NCBI GenBank assembly: GCA_965263295.1
Contig: OZ253665.1
Span: 928,001 to 992,000 of the forward strand
Source of the DNA: Spirochaetia bacterium
GTDB lineage: Bacteria > Spirochaetota > Spirochaetia > SP-2023
Length of the DNA: 64,000 bases
Reading direction: 5' to 3'
Shown in pieces: positions 50,248 through 59,406 of this stretch (position 1 is its first letter; every line of letters begins with the position of its first letter). Under the pieces are notes generated by a model that had not been told where the DNA came from, did no database searches, and worked only from the letters and a program-made list of their open reading frames with translations. The translations under genes and the position numbers were made by a program.

Positions 50248-52269
50248 ATGAGCCAGAATGTCGCCATCCTAGACCCCCAAGTTGCCGCCAAAATTGCCGC
50301 GGGTGAAGTAATTGAGCGGCCTGCGGCCGTGGTGCGCGAACTTTTGGATAACGCCATCGACTCTGGAGCCAGCGAAGTCTCCCTCTACATAGAAGAGGGT
50401 GGCCTGCAGCTAGTTCGTGTCACGGATGACGGTATTGGCATGAGCAAGGAAGACCTAGAACTTTGTTATTTGGCCCATGCCACCTCAAAAATTCGTCATA
50501 CCAATGACTTGTTACAACTCGGCAGTCTGGGTTTTCGCGGCGAGGCACTCAGCTCTATTGCCGCCTGTAGCCAACTGCGGATCGGCAGTGCCCAAGCTGC
50601 GGATCAGGACCTCAATAACAGCATAGATGGCTCTACGGAAAGTCCGCTCAAAGCCTGGGAATTGCGGGTTGACGACAGCCTGTTGCGCGGGATTGAGCCC
50701 GTTCTCGCTTCACACAGCGGCACACAAGTGGAAGTACGCGAGCTGTTTTATTCGTTCCCCGCCCGGCGCAAATTCCTCAAAAGTACTCGCTCCGAACTGA
50801 GCAGTTGCAAAGCTGTGTTCCAAGAGAAGGCCCTGGCCTTCCCCCACATCCACTTCCGTCTTTACAACCAAGGAAAAATGGAAAATTCTCTGGCTCCTGG
50901 CTCCGCTTTAGAGCGCATCTGTCAGGTTTTTAACGAGCTGGTTCCCGAACAGTTATTCCAGCTGGATGAACAGACCGAAAACTTTTCGATACAAATATTT
51001 GCCGCGCCACCAGCCCTCTATCGCCGCGACCGCAAACGCATGCCCATTTACATCAATCAGCGCCCCATCGCGGAGGCTTCCTTGCAACAAGCCATACGTA
51101 TCGGCTATGACGGCTACCTGGCTGGCGGCCTTTTCCCTGTGGCCATTTGTTTTTTAACCGTTTCGCCAGAGCGGGTGGACTTCAACATACATCCCGCCAA
51201 GCGCGAGGCGCGCCTGCGCGACCTCAGCCTGGTACAAGCCGGCATTCGCCAGACTTTGCGCAGTTTTTGTCGCGAAGCCGGCAATTTGAGCGACCCGCAA
51301 AGTGAAGCCAAAGACAAGCGGCAAAGCCAAGTTTGCCCAGAGCGAACGCCACAGGGCCCAAAGACAAATTCCATGCCAGAGCGAGAACCTGCCTCCAGCC
51401 CGCACGCATCAAATCGGGACGCTGGCGCCACAGCCACCCGATACCGCAATTCTTCGCCGGCCAGCCGGGTGGCCTCACGCAGTTTCTGCCCCAAAGGACC
51501 TTCCACCTTTTACGACAGTCCCGCCTTTCAGGATAAACCTGGTGCAGATTTTGACTCGGCGAGAAAAGGTTTTTCTACCCGCGAGCTGCAGCACGGACAG
51601 AGAGTGCCTCCAAATGAAGCCCGCGTTCAAAACGACGACGATTTTAGCGCTTCCAGTCTGCGCGAAACGCACGCAGAGAATTGGCAAGTCGCCCAAGTTC
51701 AGCGAGATAAACCGCAGGAATTCCACTACCTAGGCCAACTGTTTGAAGTTTTTCTCTTGGTTCAACGCGACATTAACGACACGCCTAGCCTAATGATTGT
51801 CGACCAACACGCCAGTCACGAGCGCATTCTATATGAAACCCTGGAGCGCGAAATGCTACAGCAGCAGCCCCTGCTTGTCCCCATTGAGCTGGACGTCGAG
51901 TTGACAGAGTCCCAATCACTGCGCCGGCGCGCTGCAGCACTGGCCTCCATCGGCATACAAATTAAAGAATGCGATGACGGCAAGCGCTGGCAAATCTGCA
52001 GCCTCCCCCCCTGCGTCAACGATTTAAAAAATGAGCTGGTCCAACTGGTGTTGCATGGCGCTAGCGAGGTCGAAGATCTAAAACGTGAGCTATTTGCCCA
52101 CTTATCTTGTCGCAAGGCCATCAAAAAGGGTGATATACTCGATGACATAAGCGCCACGCAATTGTTACATGACATTTTTACCATGGGGCTGGAGCGCTGT
52201 CCCCACGGCCGTCCGCTATGGTACAGCCTCAGTCTGCCAGAACTCTACCGTTTGTTGCAAAGGACCTAA
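50248..52269 (+). CDS. mutL: DNA mismatch repair endonuclease MutL
   Basis: IAAGEVIERP, HATSKI, GFRGEAL, DFNIHPAKRE, DQHASHER and CPHGRP. Confidence 0.97.
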   Translation: MSQNVAILDPQVAAKIAAGEVIERPAAVVRELLDNAIDSGASEVSLYIEEGGLQLVRVTDDGIGMSKEDLELCYLAHATSKIRHTNDLLQLGSLGFRGEALSSIAACSQLRIGSAQAADQDLNNSIDGSTESPLKAWELRVDDSLLRGIEPVLASHSGTQVEVRELFYSFPARRKFLKSTRSELSSCKAVFQEKALAFPHIHFRLYNQGKMENSLAPGSALERICQVFNELVPEQLFQLDEQTENFSIQIFAAPPALYRRDRKRMPIYINQRPIAEASLQQAIRIGYDGYLAGGLFPVAICFLTVSPERVDFNIHPAKREARLRDLSLVQAGIRQTLRSFCREAGNLSDPQSEAKDKRQSQVCPERTPQGPKTNSMPEREPASSPHASNRDAGATATRYRNSSPASRVASRSFCPKGPSTFYDSPAFQDKPGADFDSARKGFSTRELQHGQRVPPNEARVQNDDDFSASSLRETHAENWQVAQVQRDKPQEFHYLGQLFEVFLLVQRDINDTPSLMIVDQHASHERILYETLEREMLQQQPLLVPIELDVELTESQSLRRRAAALASIGIQIKECDDGKRWQICSLPPCVNDLKNELVQLVLHGASEVEDLKRELFAHLSCRKAIKKGDILDDISATQLLHDIFTMGLERCPHGRPLWYSLSLPELYRLLQRT

Positions 52270-52320
52270 AATCTATATATAATGGAGCTAGATTGTCGCT
52301 GGGATTCCAAGGAGAACAAT

Positions 52321-53142
52321 ATGATTTATACCCTGTCTCGCGAAGGTGGCATAGATTTCAGCCCTATTTTAACCAATTTGAAACAGCGCGATATTCCGGT
52401 TCTGGATTCAGACGTCTTGCACGAGGAACAGCTCAAATTTGACTCACCGGATCAATTGCTAGAGCAATTTGACGAACACAGCCCACGCTTCCGCGACCTT
52501 TGGGGAGCCCGCAAAGATTATTATTTATCTTTCCTGCGTCTCAGTATCTACCGTTTTGCCCTGCGGGATTGCGGCATTATCTATGGCCATGGCGCGAGCT
52601 TCATCCTTGCGCAGCTCCCTGCCATTATGAAAATCAAGTTAATTGGGCCAGAAGATTACCGCATCAAGATAGTGGCCGAAAAACGGCAAGTCAGAGAACA
52701 CGAGGCCCGTACCTTGATCCACAAGCGCGAACGCGAGCGCATTGGTTTCCACCGCTTTTTTTTCGATGCCGACTGGAACGATGAGTCTTGTTATGACGTG
52801 ATCTTAAACATCAGTGCCAGTAATTTCTCAACCATTCTGGAGACCGCCTTGCACACATCCTTTGCAGCCGAACAAGTAGCCGAACGCAAAAAACTCCTGC
52901 AAGACCTGATCAATGCTGAAGAACTATACATGGACTTGCTATTCGGGCAGAAACTGTTTATTGACCTGCTCAAGGTACTGTTTGACAGTGAGAAAAAGAG
53001 CATTCAGGTCCAGGGAATTATCGGAGACCAGAAGACCCAAGAAAAAACCAGTCGTTATATCTTGGAACGCTATCCCGATTATAATGTACAAGCGAGTTTT
53101 GAACTGATGCAGAGCCGCTACTTATATTTCCCGTCCATCTGA
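52321..53142 (+). CDS. Cytidylate kinase-like family protein
   Basis: IYTLSREGG, IIYGHGA, R.ER..FHRFFF..DW....YDVILN. AAGGAG RBS before ATG 52321. Confidence 0.75.
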   Translation: MIYTLSREGGIDFSPILTNLKQRDIPVLDSDVLHEEQLKFDSPDQLLEQFDEHSPRFRDLWGARKDYYLSFLRLSIYRFALRDCGIIYGHGASFILAQLPAIMKIKLIGPEDYRIKIVAEKRQVREHEARTLIHKRERERIGFHRFFFDADWNDESCYDVILNISASNFSTILETALHTSFAAEQVAERKKLLQDLINAEELYMDLLFGQKLFIDLLKVLFDSEKKSIQVQGIIGDQKTQEKTSRYILERYPDYNVQASFELMQSRYLYFPSI

Positions 53143-53145
53143 GCC

Positions 53146-53742
53146 ATGCCATTTTCATTTTCCATTCTATTTTTCGTGAAGCAACAGTTTTCCCATCTTG
53201 GGCGGGCCGGCTTTAGCCGTCTGTTTGGTTCGGTATTGCTGCCGTCGGGCATGCTTTTACTGGCGGCCAGCTGCAATATTTCGCAACGAAATCTGAACAT
53301 CAATTTGGACGAGACACCTTTATTCCCAGATCGGCAATGGGCCATTGTGAATATGCCGTATATTAAAGTCAGTCGCAACCTTGCCTCTCCACAGAACAGC
53401 CATCCCGTGGGAATGGTGCGTTTCGGCAATATTGTCGAAGTTCTTCGCGTCGATAAAAATCCCGAAGATAATACAATCTGGGCATATATTGTGCGGGGTT
53501 CCGAAACCGGCAATAAAGCCGAAGCAAACGATAAAGATGTCACGCAGCAGGATCGGCAGGCTGAATTAAAAGGTTGGGTACCTTATGGATTCGTACACAC
53601 AATCGGTAGTCTCAAAGAAGCCCAGCTGGCTAGTCGACAGATGCTTACGCCCAAAAGCACAGAAAGCATCACGGATTCCCAGTCACGACAAGAGGCCAAC
53701 GATGTTTCTCTAGAAATACCAACCCCTCAAGCTCCAGAATAA
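53146..53742 (+). CDS. Putative lipoprotein with SH3-like domain
   Basis: Lipobox LLLAAS-C; WAIV..PY, G.VRFG.IVEV, W..I and GWV pattern. Confidence 0.65.
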   Translation: MPFSFSILFFVKQQFSHLGRAGFSRLFGSVLLPSGMLLLAASCNISQRNLNINLDETPLFPDRQWAIVNMPYIKVSRNLASPQNSHPVGMVRFGNIVEVLRVDKNPEDNTIWAYIVRGSETGNKAEANDKDVTQQDRQAELKGWVPYGFVHTIGSLKEAQLASRQMLTPKSTESITDSQSRQEANDVSLEIPTPQAPE

Positions 53743-53840
53743 CTTAATTAAAATTCGGGTCATGATTAGCAGAATGGGTCTCTAAGCAGGGGTATTAATG
53801 AGGGGGACATTCTGATGGGGCTTGGCGTTATGCCAATAAT

Positions 53841-53938
53841 CCGGCGCATCGCCATGCGATACGAGCGTTGCGCACACACCTTTGAATCGGCAATTTACAT
53901 AGCGGCAAGCGTCTTGTTCTGGATATGAGTCCTGAGCC
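53841..53938 (+). mobile_element. 3'-end remnant of the same IS5-family element as at 17916
   Basis: Encodes RRIAMRYERCAHTFESAIYIAASVLFWI*, then atgagtcctgagcc, the reverse complement of 17916-17929. Confidence 0.85.
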
Positions 53939-53944
53939 TTTCTG

Positions 53945-54138
53945 GCCCTTTCGTGGTTCCTTTCAAAGTTCCCTGGCCAAGTAACCACGAAATACACTAA
54001 AAAATACGAACAACACGAAAAATTCTAAAGCGCCCCCCCCGCCTGAACGCCCCCGCGCCTCCCGTCGTCCATTCGGCCCCCTTTTCTGCTTTCCCCTGGC
54101 GCCCACAGATCCCCGTCGTGCCACCCACGGCTCCCCAG
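53945..54138 (+). repeat. Modular intergenic repeat cluster 3
   Basis: ttcgtggttcc-linker-gtaaccacgaaatacactaaaaaatacgaacaacacgaaaaattctaaa followed by the GC core. Confidence 0.9.
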
Positions 54139-54381
54139 TTTGCTTGACTTATTGGAGTTTTGGCCCTACTTTAGAAAGGGCCGGCGGAACGGGGTGTTGA
54201 GATCGGATTGCCGAGGATCAGCTCCACTTGAGCTGGCCTTTTTTTTCTTGCTATTTCTTCCGTATTCAGTACATCATGTACAAGGTCTGTCGGTTTCAGC
54301 TTCTTGCTACCGTTCAACGTTACATAGGTTCTATGTTTAATCGTAATCTAACATTCTATACAATGTTTCAGGTTGTGAGGC

Positions 54382-54925
54382 CTAACCAGAAACTTTAGTT
54401 TTACCATCCTTCCATGTAACCCAAATATTCAGATCAATTTTCTTTGAGACATCAAAATTCTTTACGGTTACAGTTTTCCAATCCCAATTTTCCTGGTAAC
54501 GAATCCAGTTTTCCAATAGGTCCCCACCTAACCCCCTCTGTTTGACTTGACTTGTCAGAATTTGGGAGGTATCTTTTAAAGGAAGGTTGAGGGCACCACC
54601 CAGAGGGATTCGACTCCGGTCGCAGGGTAGCAGCTTGTTGAGAACGAGTGATGCCCCGCTCTCCGCTTTCTCTTTCTTCAATGTTCTATACGTCATGAAT
54701 AACATTGGTTGGAGGGAGGCTTTTTCCACCTCATGTGAAGCTAATGTCGGTCCTGCGTTTGATAATCAATAATAGTTTGTAACATTTGACTCTGTTTTTT
54801 TGAGTAAATTCTTTTGAGAGTCTGAGACCGGCTAGCCTAATTAGAAACTGGATATCACTGTCTTTCCACGGGATCAGTTTGTGAGCATATTGGCCCTCTA
54901 TGCCTCTAAAATAAACGTGTGGCGT
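54382..54925 (-). pseudogene. Truncated or frameshifted unknown gene
   Basis: Two abutting protein-like frames (54731.. and 54382..54729); the 5' end runs directly into repeat cluster 4. Confidence 0.4.
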
Positions 54926-54928
54926 CAC

Positions 54929-55028
54929 AGTCCCCTGGCCCCGTAACCACGAAAAACACCAAAAAATACGAAACAACACGAAAAATTCTAAAACACCGCG
55001 CCTCCCGTCGTCCTTCGCCCCCAGCTCC
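54929..55028 (+). repeat. Modular repeat cluster 4 (AACCACGAA ladder + GC tail)
   Basis: agtcccctggccccgtaaccacgaaaaacaccaaaaaatacgaaacaacacgaaaaattctaaaacaccgcgcc. Confidence 0.9.
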
Positions 55029-55191
55029 TTTAGTTTTCCGATAGCTTGACGCCCCTTTACAGCTTGGGGATGCTCCGCAACTCCTCCTTGAGCTTTTTAA
55101 AGGCAGCCTCTTGTTTTTGGCCTTCTGCTTAGCGTGTGGGAGAATTATTTTTTTTTGGGGGGAGGGAGGATTCCTTTGAAGCCTCTTCCCT

Positions 55192-56412
55192 TTAAGCCTC
55201 TTCCTCTTGGAACCAAGCGGGGAACGGGTCTTGCATTTTCTGGTATAAATCAGGAGCGCTGAGATAATCTTTAATCAAACACGCATCAAGCTGCCCACGT
55301 ATTTTTTCTTCATTCATTTCGGCACTGAGGCCTATGAAAACAATCTCTTGTCTACGGTCACCAAAATCTTTGCTCCAGTGTTGCTCTACAGCTTGAGCAA
55401 AATCATCCCCTTCTGGCCAGTCTTCTTTCGGAACGGCGGCCCACCATTGTCCAATCCCTTGATGACGAACAAAAGCACCAGCTTGAGACACTTCGCCAAC
55501 AAAATCAGGGCGGCTTGAAATCCAAAAGAAACCTTTCGCCCGCACTACTCCCGGCCATTCCTGATTGAAGAAAGAGTGGATTTTTTGGGGATCAAAGGGT
55601 TCACGCGCACGATAAACAAAGCTTGTGATGCCATATTCTTCTGTTTCTGGAACGTGATCTTTAAAATTATAGAGTTCTTGCGCCCATAGAGGATGATCTT
55701 CCGCCTCCTCAAGGTCAAACAAACCCGTATCCATGACTTCATCAAGATCAACTTGCGACAATGTCGTTTCGATAATTTTTGCTTTAGCGTTTAGGCCGCG
55801 AATAATGGCTTTAACAATTTCAAGCTCGTCTTTGGCAAGCAGATCAATCTTGTTTAGAATGATAACATTGGCAAACTCAATCTGTTCGACCAACAAGTCG
55901 ACCAATGTGCGCTCGTCTTCCTCGCCGAGGCTTTCCCCTTGATCTTTCAAGAAGTCAGTTGAGCTATAGTTCTTGATCAAATTGGCGGCATCGACGACTG
56001 TCACCATCGTATCAAGCTGTGAGACGTCCGAGAGGCTATTCCCATCCTCATCACGAAAATCGAAAGTCGTTGCGACTGGGAGCGGCTCAGAAATGCCAGT
56101 GCTTTCGATCAGGAGGTAATCAAATTTTCCTTCTGCTGCGAGCGCCCGAACCTGCATCAAGAGGTCTTCACGCAGTGTGCAGCAAATACAGCCATTGCTC
56201 ATTTCGACCAGCTTTTCTTCCGTGCGAGAAAAGTTGCCACCACCGCGCTCAACGAGATCAGCATCAATATTGACCTCACTCATATCGTTGACGATGACCG
56301 CAACTTTGCGACCTTCACGGTTGTTGAGGATATGGTTTAACAGGGTTGTCTTTCCCGCGCCTAAGAACCCCGATAAAACTGTAACGGGAAGTTTTTTCTC
56401 TAAAGCTTGCAT
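55192..56412 (-). CDS. CobW/COG0523 zinc metallochaperone GTPase (ZigA/YciC-like)
   Basis: [46 protein letters not shown] and [11 protein letters not shown]. Confidence 0.93.
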   Translation of the reverse strand: MQALEKKLPVTVLSGFLGAGKTTLLNHILNNREGRKVAVIVNDMSEVNIDADLVERGGGNFSRTEEKLVEMSNGCICCTLREDLLMQVRALAAEGKFDYLLIESTGISEPLPVATTFDFRDEDGNSLSDVSQLDTMVTVVDAANLIKNYSSTDFLKDQGESLGEEDERTLVDLLVEQIEFANVIILNKIDLLAKDELEIVKAIIRGLNAKAKIIETTLSQVDLDEVMDTGLFDLEEAEDHPLWAQELYNFKDHVPETEEYGITSFVYRAREPFDPQKIHSFFNQEWPGVVRAKGFFWISSRPDFVGEVSQAGAFVRHQGIGQWWAAVPKEDWPEGDDFAQAVEQHWSKDFGDRRQEIVFIGLSAEMNEEKIRGQLDACLIKDYLSAPDLYQKMQDPFPAWFQEEEA

Positions 56413-56438
56413 AATTGGATATCCGCCTTCCTGATTTA

Positions 56439-56453
56439 TGTAATGCTGTAGCA
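56439..56453. promoter_or_regulatory. Possible Zur-type operator upstream of the CobW gene
   Basis: TGTAAT-N3-GTAGCA, a 12/15-type match to the proteobacterial TGTTAT-N3-ATAACA palindrome, about 27 bp upstream of the ATG. Confidence 0.4.
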
Positions 56454-56509
56454 CTTTATAATCTAATATCTTGAAATTTCAAGAGGCGAGACTTGATAAA
56501 TTTGATTAC

Positions 56510-56550
56510 TATTTTTTAGTGTTTTTCGTGGTTACTTGGCCAGGGACTCT
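56510..56550 (-). repeat. Modular repeat cluster 5 (inverted half unit)
   Basis: tattttttagtgtttttcgtggttacttggccagggact is a near reverse complement of 54929-54968. Confidence 0.85.
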
Positions 56551-56576
56551 GAGACGGAGTGACAAAGGGCATCAAG

Positions 56577-57398
56577 CTAGCGAACTTCGTAGCGATCAAT
56601 GGTATATTGGCCCATACTCAGACGCACCCGAGCGACTATTGCACCATTGTCTACAGATATTTCTGGCACCGCGCTGAAGGCCAGGCCGACTTGAATCTGG
56701 GCGGGCTTATTGCGCAGTTGGCGCCGGAAATACCTACGGATCGCTTCTTTGATGCCGTTATCAATAGCAGTTTTACGTAGCCGGATCATCAATTCTGGGA
56801 CCAAATTACCAGGGCTATCGTCAGCTCCCGCACCAGCAGTTGCGAGATCAACCACACCGCGCGCCTGCAAGGTCTTTTTGTCGGCCTGTTCCCAGGACTG
56901 GACATTAAAATCTTCAAAACGGCTGAGTTGCTTGCGAATAGAATAATAAAATCGGTGACCGACGTTGGAAACGTGATAAATATCCAAGTCTGTTGGGCTG
57001 ATAAGTTCTGTATTCTTTGGAATAACTAGAAATGTTTCATCCTGGCGATGGAAGTGGTCTGGCGGTCGGTAAACCACTTGAAAGCCATAAACCATTCCGT
57101 GGAAAACGTAACTGGCTTCATCGCGAACAAAGTTCTGGGAAGCGCGAATCAAAGCTTCTGGCTCAGATATCTTGGCACCTTGACGCTCTTGATTGCCAGG
57201 GAAAACGACTAGATTCAGGCCAAGATCCAGCCAAAAAGTCCCACTGAGACTGCGATGTTGTTGAGCCTGGCCAGTCTGTGCCGTTAAGCCCGCGAGAGCG
57301 AATACCCAGGTTTGTAGTGCCAAGAGAGCATGCGAAAAGCGCGCGCCATTAAATATATGGCGACATATGCGGCGACACGAATACTGCCAGCTAAGCAT
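56577..57398 (-). CDS. Exported hypothetical protein
   Basis: 273-aa ORF with signal-like N-terminus and a GMVYGF...Y.P.D motif seen in spirochaete hypotheticals. Confidence 0.65.
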   Translation of the reverse strand: MLSWQYSCRRICRHIFNGARFSHALLALQTWVFALAGLTAQTGQAQQHRSLSGTFWLDLGLNLVVFPGNQERQGAKISEPEALIRASQNFVRDEASYVFHGMVYGFQVVYRPPDHFHRQDETFLVIPKNTELISPTDLDIYHVSNVGHRFYYSIRKQLSRFEDFNVQSWEQADKKTLQARGVVDLATAGAGADDSPGNLVPELMIRLRKTAIDNGIKEAIRRYFRRQLRNKPAQIQVGLAFSAVPEISVDNGAIVARVRLSMGQYTIDRYEVR

Positions 57399-57424
57399 CT
57401 CGCTAATCCCCTAATTCGTCAAAA

Positions 57425-59065
57425 TCAAAATGGCTCGTGACCCGTTGCGACTAAGTTTTGCGTTGGCTGCGTGCGATTTGAATCGTTGACACTACTGTTG
57501 TAGAGCCGAATATATTCACTTAAATTGCTCTGCCAGGAAAAATCTTGCTCCATGCCGCACTGCTTCATCGCCCAGAGCTGCCTGGGCTTCCGATGCCAAA
57601 GGTAAAAGGCTTCTTTCAATACCTCGCCCAACTCCACAGGTGTCGCATGGTCAAACAACAAGCCATTTTTCCGATGCTGAATCGTATCCGCTAAGCCGCC
57701 AGTTCTCCGCACGATGGGAGTCGTGCCGTAACGCAGCGAATAAATCTGGTTCAAACCACAAGGCTCGTACTGGCTGGGCATGATAAAAAAGTCCGCCGCA
57801 GCGGTCAGGATATGCGCCATTTCTTCGTGAAAGTAGTTTAAAAATACAAAGCTTTGCGGATACTGCCAGGCAAACATTTGTAATTGCATTTCCAGCTGTT
57901 GCTCGCCTTCCCCCAGAATAATCAACTGGCAACGACTTAAGGATAGCGCTTCCAACATCGGCCCACTGCCGTGTACTTTATTATCCGTTTCATCGTGGTA
58001 GAGGCCAAACAGCTGATCCAGCCCCTTTTGCTTCACGATACGGCAAATACTGATGATCAACGGCAGCTTGGGATTCAAGGCAAACTGTATGCGTTGCTGC
58101 AAATACTTACGCCAATATATTTTGGCTTTGCGAACCTCACGCTTTTTAGCTTTGTAGGTATATTCTTTTAAATATGGATCACGGCTTGGATTCCAACTAG
58201 TATTATCCACGCCATTGAGGATGCCGCAGAAATCGTTGCTGCGTTGTTGCAGAACTGGCGAAATCTTTGCTCCTTGAGTGAGCAGCTCGCGGGCGTGGGT
58301 TGGCGATACTGTGTTTATCCGCTCTGCGTACTTGAGCCCAGTAGCCAGCAAATTGACTTGCCCTTCGTATTTCCATGCATCAATTTTGAAGTTATGGGAG
58401 ATCGCAATCCCCCACTGCCGCAGCAAGCTGTAAAAGTTATTGGCAATGATTTCGTCAAAAGTGCCCATGTATTCCGCATTGTGTATGGTAAACACACTGG
58501 GAATTTTACGGCTGGCAAAATTATGTAGCAACGCGGGCAAGTGGTGATTGAAATAAGGGTAAAGACCACAAAGCCAATCGTGACAATGCACCAAATCTGG
58601 TTTCCACAAAATACTCGGATTCTCAGCAATGGCAAATGGTGCCAAAGCTAAAAGTATGGCTTGCAGCAAGTCCAAGGATGAATCATTCGCCGAATAGCTT
58701 GGCGTATATGGCTCATGGATAGTGCCTAGAGCGGGGTGTTTTATCAGGTAAAATATATGCTTGGGATAATCTGGATGTGCGCATTCTTCCAGTAGAAAAA
58801 ATGGCAACCGAGGGTTAAAATATTTATTGCGCAACATTAGATTAATATGGCGATAACCCAACAATACGGTACGCACTTCCATACCTTTATCAATCAGGGC
58901 CTGGGACAAGGAAGTCACGACATCAGCTAACCCGCCAACTTTAGTAATAGTTCCCCACTCTGGGGCCAGAAATAAAACTTTTTGCACGGCTTTTCTTTCT
59001 GTCTCCATATCGTCATGGCCGGGAATCAAATTTTTTGTTAAGTTGCCGAACTTGTTCATAGTCAA
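57425..59065 (-). CDS. glgA: Glycogen synthase (GT5)
   Basis: KVGGLADV, HCHDW, FTIHN, GILNGVD, QKG, PSQYEPCGLNQ and TGGLADT. Confidence 0.93.
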   Translation of the reverse strand: MTMNKFGNLTKNLIPGHDDMETERKAVQKVLFLAPEWGTITKVGGLADVVTSLSQALIDKGMEVRTVLLGYRHINLMLRNKYFNPRLPFFLLEECAHPDYPKHIFYLIKHPALGTIHEPYTPSYSANDSSLDLLQAILLALAPFAIAENPSILWKPDLVHCHDWLCGLYPYFNHHLPALLHNFASRKIPSVFTIHNAEYMGTFDEIIANNFYSLLRQWGIAISHNFKIDAWKYEGQVNLLATGLKYAERINTVSPTHARELLTQGAKISPVLQQRSNDFCGILNGVDNTSWNPSRDPYLKEYTYKAKKREVRKAKIYWRKYLQQRIQFALNPKLPLIISICRIVKQKGLDQLFGLYHDETDNKVHGSGPMLEALSLSRCQLIILGEGEQQLEMQLQMFAWQYPQSFVFLNYFHEEMAHILTAAADFFIMPSQYEPCGLNQIYSLRYGTTPIVRRTGGLADTIQHRKNGLLFDHATPVELGEVLKEAFYLWHRKPRQLWAMKQCGMEQDFSWQSNLSEYIRLYNSSVNDSNRTQPTQNLVATGHEPF

Positions 59066-59406
59066 GCAGATTATCGGAATGGCATAGAATTTTTAAAATT
59101 AAAAAATCACGGGAGAAGCTATAAATATTCTTTGCAGACATTCTTAATTGTGAAAATCGAATCAATTATACCATAAAATATAAAAATTCATGTATCCTAA
59201 ACTAAAATAATTTCAGCTAGCTACTTTTTTGAAATTTTAATGTGCAGCTATGAGTAGCTTTTTCTTTTTCAGAGAATATTTTGAAAATATATTTTAAGCT
59301 CGTGTGAAAAAAAAGTAAAAAAAATCATCAAAGAATGCGAAATTTTTCTTTATAGTGCCGATATACTGAATACTAAACCAACATCAAGACAAGGAGTCGT
59401 ATTAGT

